From Chlorokybus atmophyticus (Eukaryota; Plantae; Mesostigma and Chlorokybus algae), in contig RHPI01000003.1 of NCBI GenBank assembly GCA_009103225.1, positions 62,001 through 126,000 on the forward strand: a DNA stretch of 64,000 bases. The letters run 5' to 3'. Of this stretch, positions 49,529-61,061 are shown in pieces. The stretch's first letter is position 1; each line of letters begins with the position of its first letter. Made by a program: the position numbers and the translations under genes. The notes beneath the pieces were generated by a model. That model saw nothing but the letters and a program-made list of their open reading frames with translations. It ran no database searches and was not told the origin of the DNA.

Positions 49529-51125
49529 ATTTCAATCCATCTAGCAGTTCACTGCGCGTACAGGCCTGTGCACGTGTTCCTTGCGCATTGCAAGCATTTG
49601 CATGCAATGCGTATGAAGTCATTGTCCGTTAAGTAAAAGCTGGTCTTACAGTGTTAGCAACTTGTGGGGTGCCACCTCCTTGACTACCCTGCTGCCATAC
49701 ACTTGCATGGGCATGCACACATGGAGGCACGCGCACATGTTCAGAAGTTCATGTGCCGCACGAACCCGCAAGGATGGTCCCTGCCAGTGATCTGCATTGC
49801 TTGGGCTTCGGAGTGTCGTCCAACCAGCAGTGCTCTTGGAACGGCTGCTTGAGGACCAGCAACAGGACTTGATATTATGCGCCCGTATGATCACTTTGGA
49901 CGGCATGAACATGAAGAGCTCGCCTGAACCGTGCAGCTGTGCAACCATTCAGACATGCCTAAGTAGTCTGCAAGCATTGCGTAGGCTTGCTTTCCTAAAG
50001 CCAAATAAAGATGTCGTCCCTTGCTCCAAGCTTGCACTGCAGTCCTATCACTGGTCACCCCTCAGCTGTAATCAAGGTCAACAACACAAGTACTAGTGCG
50101 TTCACCCGTGGCACAACCACATGTCAATGTACAGATGTTACAATGTTGGCATTGTGCCTGTTTATCAGAGCCCAGGATGTTGTTATTGCATTACCTCACA
50201 TGTGCAGTGCAAATTTTGTTCTGGATTGGCTTACGTGTAAATACATGCATCGTACACTATTAACTTGTATTCAAGTTTGTGGCTCCCTACTTTTGATGCA
50301 CGATGCACAACATTTGCTACGCTTGCAATGCGTGATCATGCCAAGTGTAGCTGCTCATGTGCAAACATGGGCTTTGTTATCTAGATATTCACATCGCGCA
50401 TCGTTGTGTACATTATGAATAAATTAGATAAACTCTTTCAAATACATATTGGCTAGCTATTCATCATACAATGTGCTTCATCTGTATGAAAGTTTCTCGG
50501 ATATTGTGCATACATTCAACATCTCCGCATTATGGCATCGGCGCTAAGTTATGTGGACCATGAGCATTCTTCAGCGTGTTTTTTTACTACGCAATCGGTC
50601 TGTCCTTCAACAACTACTACAACTCTGCTGCGCTATAGTGCTGCTATTTGGTTGCTGTGCTGCTACCGCACACTCGTTCGCTATTGGCACTTGTAATGCT
50701 GAATACATGCGTATTTGTAAAGATGTGCAAATTCAAGTTGTATTCAACATCCCATTGCACGATGTCAACCCTTTACACAATTTATGGCACTTCCATACGT
50801 CGTGCATATGTTCAGCAGGTCAGTCGCGCGCTGATAGCTCTAGTGCTGCACTGTGACATCAGCGTTGAGATGATTATAAGCTTCAGCAACGTGTTCTACG
50901 TGATCTGCTATCCGTTTTTAAAAAGTACACCCACCACCAACCATCATCCACGTAATTTCTTACACATATACATATAACTCTACTTTGAAATGTATATGTG
51001 TACAATGCTTTTTATTATAATAAATTTATCAATTAATTGTGTGCATGTTTTTCACCTGTGTGTGTATGATCTCACAGTAATGAGCAGGATCGGTAACGGC
51101 AAAGTCGCTGGCCAGCCCCCCCCCC

Positions 51126-51245
51126 NNNNNNNNNNNNNNNNNNNNNNNNNNNNNNNNNNNNNNNNNNNNNNNNNNNNNNNNNNNNNNNNNNNNNNNNNNN
51201 NNNNNNNNNNNNNNNNNNNNNNNNNNNNNNNNNNNNNNNNNNNNN
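51126..51245. other. Assembly gap (N run) after a C tract
   Basis: 120 N. Confidence 0.99.
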
Positions 51246-51437
51246 ATCTACCATCAACCCAACATCAAAACTTACACCCAACCAAATTGTTTGCTACCCT
51301 ACAAATAGCATGGATCAGCGCATGAAATGTATATACAAATCAATAGGTATGTGCGTACATATATATAGCATGGATTAACGCACAATATATGTACATGTAT
51401 ACATGTATATGTATGTATATACGCATATATTTATGTA

Positions 51438-51439
<2 letters not shown>

Positions 51440-51482
<43 letters not shown>

Positions 51483-51512
51483 GTGCGTGTGTGCGTGTGT
51501 GCGTGTGCGTGT
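51440..51512. repeat. (GT)n / (GTGTGC)n microsatellite
   Basis: Directly visible dinucleotide run. Confidence 0.95.
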
Positions 51513-52389
51513 ATATGCGTGCATATGTCTACATATTATGTATTATACATATATCGTAGTGCTACGAAGTTGTTCATGAAATAAGTAATTATGAAAGGGC
51601 GCTTTACGAACTAAAAACCCCCCTGCTCGACGGTAGCAACTGTGCATGCCATCGTAAATACACTGGAATGCATAGGTTCGCGGGGTTTTAACGAAAAACG
51701 AACTATATATCTTTGCGGCGCTTGTCACGAACAATTCGGAGCATTACGGTATACGCAGATCATGCCAATGTAGTGTATATTGGCATGAACTGCCTATACA
51801 TACATACGTGATGTCAAGGTCCACATAAACCATATGCATTAGATATAGTGTATGATACGTCATGTATAACATATACTGCGGTATACACTGTACCTTCAAA
51901 CGTGAAATATGTGCTGGCCTGGTCGGCGCAGCTCGCCGCTCGGCGCTTCCCTCCGCCGACGCGCGGTTAGCCGCGCTGGCCGGCGGATCGCCGGTCGCGG
52001 GGCTCGTTTTCGGACAAACCCCGCCGGTCGCGACCCCGCGGCTGGAGTGGAAACGACGGCTACCGAGGGGATGGAATGCGTTGGGCTTCACCACCTTGGT
52101 GTCCCCCAATGCATTGCATCCGATTTATACCATGATCGGTCCATGTTGGCCTCCGGCTGCAACGCGAGCGGCGTGCATCAAATTCAGTCGCCACGTGGCG
52201 GCCGAACGAACATACAGACTGACAAAACGTTGTTTATAATGTTAGGGACTCAACAGCGCGCATGTACACGAGCCTTGCATATGCGGTGACAGTTACATAT
52301 CTGTATGCCTATGTATTACAAGTTTTGCTACATACAGTGATGCAAGCCTTTCATGACCACTTATAAGCCGGGGGGGGGGGGGGGGGGGG

Positions 52390-52608
52390 NNNNNNNNNNN
52401 NNNNNNNNNNNNNNNNNNNNNNNNNNNNNNNNNNNNNNNNNNNNNNNNNNNNNNNNNNNNNNNNNNNNNNNNNNNNNNNNNNNNNNNNNNNNNNNNNNNN
52501 NNNNNNNNNNNNNNNNNNNNNNNNNNNNNNNNNNNNNNNNNNNNNNNNNNNNNNNNNNNNNNNNNNNNNNNNNNNNNNNNNNNNNNNNNNNNNNNNNNNN
52601 NNNNNNNN
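52390..52608. other. Assembly gap (N run) flanked by G tracts
   Basis: About 219 N between poly-G runs. Confidence 0.99.
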
Positions 52609-53084
52609 GGGGGGGGGTAACGTGGGAGATGCTGCTTGTGTACACAGTACATCTGCAATACTTGTGATACACATGATTGGTGTGGTCGTGCAAGCTAGTA
52701 GTACCTTCTGCCAATACCCTACAGTACATCCAATACACATTATTGGTGTCGGCATGCTACCTAGTAGTACCTTCTGTTATACCCTACAATACAATCAACC
52801 ACAGGTTTGAACCTGACAGGCTGCAACAACATACCTCCCGCACATTGTGAGTTGTGCTTGCACTAGGGTCGCTTCAGAAGCCGCCATTATGGACTGGACA
52901 AAAAGCAACTGCTCCATCAGCTACAGGAAACGGCTGCATACACTTGAGTCAAACGCACATGGGAACGTCTCGGACTTGAAAACCAACAAGAACACAATGA
53001 AGTACAGTACTGCTGGGGATTACGACACAATCAACAATGAGGTTGACAATCTACAAGGAAACCAAACCGCGATCAAGTGCACAC

Positions 53085-54931
53085 TCACTCTGTATGCGGA
53101 GACACGAGTAGTCTGAGCATGGCGAAGGATAGGTTGCAGCCGACACCAACGAGTATCCCAACCTTTAGTCGCTGCGGCACGCCACGCTCGATCAACCACA
53201 GCATCATGATAATCCCCAATAAGAACCCCATCACGATGCCTAGCAACATGTCCGTGTTGGTGCCCTCGCGGTCCGGCACCATCAATGCATCTTGTGAAGC
53301 CTCTGCAACCTGCACGTCACACAAACTCAGTGTGATGGCGGTAGCTGCAAGATCATGAGTGCATGACTGAATGAAATTTGATGTTCCAAGCTGTGCTCAG
53401 AAACCAATGTACGACCGAAAGTGCACAGCATGTGTGCTGGGGATTGTGCAATGCCTGCCCACCGTTGCAGACAAGCTTGCCCGCTATGTAGAACACGCTG
53501 GAGTCTGCAACTATACATAGGACATGCAGGTGATGTCACAGGATGACTTGCCACTGCCACAGTCACGTGCGTGCGTGCACAGCTGGAACTGCAACCTCAG
53601 AAATTCAAACAATACGACACCAACTCGAGCAACTACTCACTTGGATACGCAGCAATCTAGACACAGCATGTGTATGCATACAGCCACAAACAGGCGAGCA
53701 GCCTGCAACACACTCACCGCAGCAGCAGCCTGCATCCTCGCAGTCAACTCGCGCAGCGCCTCCTCCTGCGCTTCCGTGTCGCTGCTGGTGCGCACACTGT
53801 CGGCGCCTGTTGTTGGCAGCGGTGGTGGCGGCACGCCATTGGGGCGAGCAACAAGGTGGAGGATGTGGCCGTTGGTGATGCCCAGCGAAGTTAAAGGCAA
53901 CTGCAAACAAAGCAATGTGATTGTGGCTTCAGAATCAGCACATGCTTGAACCGCACATCAATCCACCGGCACATGGCATAGACGGTGCTGATCATGCCTT
54001 TCAACTGTCATAAAATATACATGTGAATGTAGCCAGTGTGCACATGTTATGTCTCAACACTTCATGGACAGCTTCACACAAGGGCGTCACTGCCCCGACA
54101 GCGCCTGTCACCCTACTGGTTTGAGACTCGTGTCAAGTACTGTGTTGCACACGTATGTACTGCTATATCACACACTGCTCAGGAGAGTGCGAAGGAAAGG
54201 TGGCGCACCATTAGGTAACTCGAAGAAGCATGTTATGCCAGTAACGGAAGTAAAAAACCCTCCTTTACGCACAGATAAAGGAGCTGCTTGTGGCTACATG
54301 CAAACCAGTGAATGTGAACTACGAGTCCCCACCACTCTCAGTACGACAAGCTCTTGGCTACAGGGGCATGCGCTGATTGCATGCTGTCCTACACCATCAG
54401 AAGCTGGAGCGAAGGTGGCATGGTGTGAGACCTATCCTAGAGTACGCTGTGCATGGCATACTGCCGCTTCAAACGCCGTAAGTTGCTATGCAGACATTGA
54501 CGCTTGAACAAAGCACAGCTGAATAACAAAACACAGTTGCATAAGGCTGTCGCACATGAAGTCTGTGTGGCCTCAGCCTGAGTCATGCAGCTGCTGGCAA
54601 CGTGCTTTACGTTGTGACCGCTTTAACCTGCTGTTATTCGCGGGCATCCTGTAAGCTGTGGTGTTTGTGTGCTGATCATGGGAGTGAGTGGCCTGTAGCT
54701 TACATGTTCTGGTAGGCGCTGGCCGGACCAGATGAGGCGCTGCTGGGCGGGCGGCAGGCCGACCAGTTGGTGGATGCTGGCCTTGACGTCAGCGGCGGTG
54801 GCCTTGGGAGCGCAGGCGATGGTGAGGTCGGGGGCGTCTGCGCTGCGGACGTTCACCGTGAAGTTCCCGGCGGTGACGGCGGTGCCACCAGCAACACCAC
54901 CACCAATGCCACCGCCCACGCCCTCGGCCAT
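53085..54931 (-). CDS. DSC3-like (ubiquitin-like domain plus DUF2407-type two-TM C-terminus) membrane protein
   Basis: UBL: FTVNVRSADAPDLTIACAPKATAADVKASIHQLVGLPPAQQRLIWSGQRLPEH|LPLTSLGITNGHILHLVARP; C-terminus EGTNTDMLLGIVMGFLLGIIMMLWLIERGVPQRLKVGILVGVGCNLSF. Confidence 0.75.
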
Positions 54932-55882
54932 GTACCGCACCAGGCCAATAGCCTGGGCTCCCTCAGCGCCGACAGCAGCTGTCTGCAGCCATGGGTGGGT
55001 GGAGAGCTCTCAACATAGACTGCCTGCTTCGTCTGCCCGTCGACACCCAAGACAATCACGATGACAACGTCCCCGTAGCCCAGCAGCCTGCCCTGTAGTC
55101 CTGTAACCAGGTCAACACAGCTCCTGTATAGGGATGATAGAGGTATGCCACGCGGTCATGCCGCATGCGGCATGACCCTACATGAGCTACCGTACGGTAA
55201 GTCACCTCCCATCAGTGTACAGGATGCATAACGTGCTATGTGTTATGCGAGATAGAGTACATCATGATACATGTGGTGTTGCATTGCTCAAGTTCACAAG
55301 ATTATGACCTCGAGTAATGCAAGCTATATGTGATGAAAAGCCATGATGCATGCAAGTTATGTTATACTCATTACAACTGTACAACACCGTTTAAAACATT
55401 GCAATCAGCATGTTATAACAATTGATGATTTTATATTTGTTTGTATCATGTAGCTCACGTCACGTGAGTGATTATGTCAAATCATGTAATGCATCGCTGA
55501 CTCGGCGCTACTTCAGCGCCTTGATTTTGAAGACGATAATGCTTTTGCCTTTGAAAAAGAATGATATATAATCTTATTATTTTCGAGTTGTATTGAAACC
55601 GAGCGCACATGATATCAATCTTTCGAGAGTCAATATCAACAATGTAAAAAGTACTAGGTATAAGAAATAAATTGTAACATATCCCGTTATGCGTCGATGA
55701 AAGATTGAAACATAACATATGTTATTACATATTAAAAAGACATATGCATACACAATGCCATGCCTTATATACGATTCATTCGCATGCTATGTTATTAAAT
55801 ATCTTATGCATTGATATTTATATGCAACCTATAAAGCTTGCTTCGTTGCCATGCATGTTTCAGAGCTAACATGGGCCACTAT

Positions 55883-57450
55883 ACGTCGCAAAATGTTACC
55901 CCTGACGGCTGACTCAATATGTAGAACGGTCGTGGGGCTGAGGATACTTAGTGAGACTGTCGTTATTCAGTCGGTCGACGATCTTGATACAAGGGCCTGA
56001 GCATAACGGCCATTACCATCAGTTGCTGACCGTCTGGATAAAGGGACCAACTCCAACTAACAGGTACCTGTAAGAATACCCATCAGTTAAGCAAAAAAGA
56101 CTTAACCTAACCGACAAGTAACTAACCAGTACCTTATAGTTAGGTACAGGCGATTGTACACTACCTGATTGTAACTGACAGGTACATCATGGTTGCTGCC
56201 GTTACTGAAGGGCACCTTCAAAGGTACATGCCGGGTTCCGTTCGGTCATGATTGAAAACCTCACGTGAGTGACGTCAATAATGATGAAATAATCATAAAA
56301 TAATATATTACATGTGTTGCAAGTCATACTGGTACTATGCTACAACATGAACTACTGTGAGCGGCTACTACTGCTGCTGCTACTACTACTACTACCACCC
56401 TAATTCAAGGCCTTATACCAAGCCGCCGCTCTTTGTCCACCGCCGCTCTTGCAAGCACAAGTCAATCACACCAGTGCCATCAGCAGCAAATTACACATCA
56501 ATGCTCACAATGTGACAACTTACATACACATGCTGTTGCTTGCCATATACCGCCGCCGCCGCCTGGCCTGGCCTAGCCTACTAGGTAGTAGCCTACTAGG
56601 CTAGTAGCCTGGCCTGGTTTGGCCTCGTTTAGCCGCCCTGAGATCAAGAGGGCGGTTAGGCTGCATGCACTGATGCGCATAACACAACGTTACAGCACCA
56701 AGCAAACAAGCTGTTAGCCGTTGCCGCCGCCATCACGGCCGCCGCCACCGCCGCCGCTGCACAACTCAACTGTTGAACTGACTTGAAGCTGTTAAGCGTT
56801 TCAACTTTGAGCAACCCAAGTGACTCCAAAGCGTTATCACAATGGCACCATCGTACCATGAAATAAAATGGTACGATGGTGCTATTATAATAATGGGATT
56901 TTTGTACCATTTGTATGATTCGATAATTGCATGTACCAACGTTCCGCATTGCTCACCAGCAATAAAAGACGGGCATTCACATAATCGTCATAGTCGGTTT
57001 GTCGCCGCCGCACTAACGGACGATCGGTGGTCTGCCGTCACTTATCGACAAGCGGGCAGGTCACGGAATAAGGACTGACAGTGACTGGCTTGCCATAGTA
57101 GGCAAGCCGCTGCGCATACGGTAAGATGGTTATGGTACGACCGGCGGTGGACCGTCGCAAAAAATGACCGAAAGGTGACTATCTGCTATGCATGATAGGT
57201 CGCTATGAAGCAATATACACGACCGGCGATCAGCCGTAACTTGAAGATGCGGTGACGTCACGTTCCAATCATCGCAAGCAGGCTTTGATTGCGTGTAGCT
57301 ATCGGCCGATCGCTGGCCGTCGTTAAATGTTGCTGAGTAGCACCGACCGTCTTATAAGTCCCTTCATGAACCAATCCATTAGGTCATGCAGGGTCAGGTA
57401 CCCGTCAGTCCCTCAGACTCTTGACAGTCACCGTGTAAAATTTGCAATGT
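55883..57450 (-). mobile_element. Third copy (reverse orientation) of the short-TIR non-autonomous element
   Basis: acgtcgcaaaatgttacccctgacggctgactcaatat at 55883 and cagtcaccgtgtaaaatttgcaatgt at ~57425-57450 are reverse-complement matches of both ends of 8855-10330; internal tracts are in mirrored order. Confidence 0.8.
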
Positions 57451-58699
57451 GTTGCTTAGCAAGATCCAATTTGCGTAGCCTACCGGTATTTGACATGCGT
57501 GACTTTAATTTACAAACCTGAGACTGGATAGACTTGTTAGCGCTGACTCGGCAATAAGCGTGATATATGAAGCGTAATATCTTATTATACTACCGTTTCA
57601 CATTGATAAAGTGAACATATTGCTGTGCTTTACAGTGAACATTTTACGGTTTTTAATCTTTAGATTCAAAAGCATGCGCACACCGTAACAGTGGGCTCTG
57701 ACCACTATGCTATGGTAGCAAGACGCTACCGTCAGTGAGGTCTATCACAATGTATCCCAAATGTGACATTCCTCCTCAACTTAACCCACGGGTTCCTTAT
57801 TATCGAATGAAGCACTTATTAGCCCACGTCGCCGTGGTCACGGCCGTACCACGACCGGTCCGACCGCGGCCTTTTTGATCCGGCCTACGAACGATCATAA
57901 CCGATTGAACTGCAGCGGCCTGCCATTAAGGCGCGACCGCTCACGCGACCATAGGTCAAATTGGCTCGGCGCGCAGGTTGCGAACCTGCGCCCAGCCTAG
58001 GGCAAGCCGCCCCAAATGTTTTGTGCCCTTGGATCTGCCTCAGTGCCCTACGGGAATTAAATCCACGACGTCAAGCTCTGTTGCCATTGTAACAACTGGG
58101 CTCCGACCATTAGGCTATAGTAGCAAATAGCGCCACCACGAGTAAGGTCGCAATTTATCTCAAATTGTGACACACACGATGTTCATAAACATAAGCGAAT
58201 GCAAGTATGGTTTGCATTAAATCGTAACATAATTGACTTGTCGTCAGGCATACAACTTCACATATTGCATCAGTATGTATACAAAGCATGCTCACTTTTA
58301 AGGATTTTACCACTTCCGTTGCTATTGAAAACTTTGCAAGTTGATATGACACTATTTTTAACATTATGCGCTTAAATGACACAGGAGTTTAAGCCATTCA
58401 TAAAGCCTTATTATGCGTTGATTGAATTATATTAACAAAAGTGTATTCATTTTCACTACTATGCTTGTCGGCTCACAAAGGAGCGGCAAGACACCTCTAC
58501 TTCGGCAATATATGAAGTAGAAGAAGCTGTGCTACACGCCGTGTTACATCCATTTTCGAAGAAAGGCATTTATTAATGCTTGTGATATAGTAAATTTACT
58601 ATATATCGCATTGATGGTCGATCAGGACAACACGGAGAGGCTTTCAACGATTTACGCCTTTAAAGGCGCCAATATACGAGACATTATTCGAAGTCTTCA

Positions 58700-59600
58700 A
58701 GCAGTCTTCATCGAATGACTTGCAAGGGAAGATGATAGAACTTCAATGTGGCGATTGATATCATTATTGACAGCAAGGGAGCCTCGGGCTGCTGGATCGC
58801 GTTGCTTTTCATAAAGCTTCTTTATTGAAGCAAACTTATGGATTTTAAGTTTAATGAGTTGCTTGAGGTGATGTTAAGTCAGTGGCATCATGCATATGGT
58901 AGCGTGCATGAAAAACACAAACAACAGGAAAGTGGTAACCATCTTTTAAGTTTGTTGATGATGAAGCCAACGTGCGTTTCATGTGGCGTGATATTGTCAA
59001 CCGTAATGCCTGACGAAGATTCTTTGCGGCTATCACTACCGATAAGCAGAATTCTTCATGGGCATATGTTATTCTTACTACTGACTCTGATTCCAATTCT
59101 GGTCGACGACGCTGTCAAGGGCATTATTTATGTAAAAACGCATGTTTTGTGGACTACTATCAATGATTATCCACGGCTTTGGGTTGTTAAATTCATGCAC
59201 TGGCTGAAAGGCGGCTAGCAACTGTTTTGGAAAGGTCTTGCCCTCCTGGGCGCATGCCTTTGAGGTGTGCGGTGGGAATCATTAACTTTTAACAACTGTC
59301 GCTGCGTCGCTCCTCATTATATGGTCTCTGCATGAACTCGCAGCAGCAAAAGTGGAGCTCGAGGTTGATTGCATTTTGGACTTCATAAGTGATAGGGCCT
59401 CCCCTACAGCGGATGTTGGCTACATGCGTGATTTTGTTTTCCTCATAACAAAAACTATTGCTTTCAACTTCACCTTTCATGCAGTAAAGTTCAAGCGTGC
59501 GACTCATGCTTTTAAGTATCAGAGAATGATGCTATTGCAGCAATGGTGTTTGTAGACTACTTCATTTTGCGTTCATTTCGTGCTAGGTGGGTGACATAAA
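58700..59600 (+). pseudogene. CACTA/EnSpm (Transposase_21) relic
   Basis: IPILVDDAVKGIIYVKTHVLWTTINDYPRLW..WLKGG resembles L.PL.DEL..L..G....LLWTINDFPA...S.KG; multiple stops. Confidence 0.5.
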
Positions 59601-60870
59601 CGCCAGCGCATTTGGCGTATCTTACAAGTCTGTATTGGCTACAACCATGCAAGTCCTCAATTTTTTATCATACACATGTTGCGCCTCCATGTTTATGAAA
59701 GCAATGATGGGGGTGGCACCCCTATGTGTGAACAGTAATGACGGATGCAAATGGCATCTGGCATGAGCATGTGCTCAGTGGCGGAGCAGCAATTAATCAT
59801 GCAATATAAGCAATATAAACATGGATATGGACGTAAATAAGGTGGACAACGCGAGCAACATAGGCCATTAATAACAGATGATCACTTGTTAGCAGTGCTT
59901 TGTGTCATGTTGTTGTCGTCGTGATTGTCAATCCGTTAACGCCGCCATGCAATTATTGCTTAAACTTGCGCTAGACTTCTGGCCAGCTTTCTATTTCATA
60001 TATTGATATATTTGCTAGCTTATTGTTGTTCGGATGTGCAAATGCATTTGCATGATAGCGCATATGTGATACAGCTTGGTAAATACATAGACACACATAG
60101 CTGCCTACCCAGAATACATTATGATATTGATATCATACAAAATCCATTTGCATTGGATGCACTAAGATCTAGTACTCTTGGTAGAATGCAATTTGCTTAG
60201 CCCACTGGTGCATGACATGCTTTCCTTTGATTCTGCTGGGACCAAACCGGCAGTCACATCAAGCTTGGCAAGCCACATTTGCGCGCCACACCTGCAGCAC
60301 GTGGCTGTGTGTCAGCTAACCGCGGCAAGCAGCGACCAGCGTGTAGGATGAACGTCCTTGTTATATGTATGCGATAGACTTTACACGTTAGGGCACACTC
60401 GCAGTAGCAGTAGCAGCACTCAATGGCAATGCACTACTGAGTAGTGCACTGCCATTGACATTCGCTACCGAGGCAGTGCGAGAGACTGTCTGCGTGCTTG
60501 CAGTTGAGTAACGTGCGCAGATGATTGCAGAACTTGGATTACGCAGTGGGTTAAGCTTCTAGGCGACGGCAAGAGGAGGGAGGGAGGAGGAGGAGGAGGA
60601 GGAGGAGGAGGGGGGGCTGCTGTGAGGGTGGCGTTACAGACTAGCAGAAAGCATGCCTTGGTGGTGGTGACGGGTGCTGTAACACCACCCCAGCGCGCAG
60701 ATTGCCATCACCAACACTCGCTTCAGCACTGATCAAGAATAGCGCAGGCTTGTTGCTAACGCAACAACACCGTCACGGTTGCCGACAGCGACGTCGCCGC
60801 CCACGTAGCAAATGAGATTGCTACGCGCAAGACGCACGAAAAAAGTGCAAAAGTCATCCCGGATGAACCA

Positions 60871-60958
60871 TCCGACGAGCCGGATTCGAACCAGCGACCT
60901 AAGGATGTCTGCTTGTCACAACTACAGTCCTCCGCTCTACCAACTGAGCTATCGTCGG
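60871..60958 (-). tRNA. trnY-GUA: tRNA-Tyr(GUA) with a 15-nt intron (60907-60921)
   Basis: Reverse complement: CCGACGATAGCTCAGTTGGTAGAGCGGAGGACTGTAG[ttgtgacaagcagac]ATCCTTAGGTCGCTGGTTCGAATCCGGCTCGTCGGA. Perfect 7-bp acceptor stem with C1:G72, A and B boxes, T-run terminator near 60839-60844. Confidence 0.97.
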
Positions 60959-61061
60959 ACTCGATGCAAGCAAGTGAAGACTACAAAAATATAACTGTAT
61001 ATTTGCATAACAGCGGGTGCGCACAACAACATGAAGAAGTGTCAAGCTTGGCGTTGAAACA

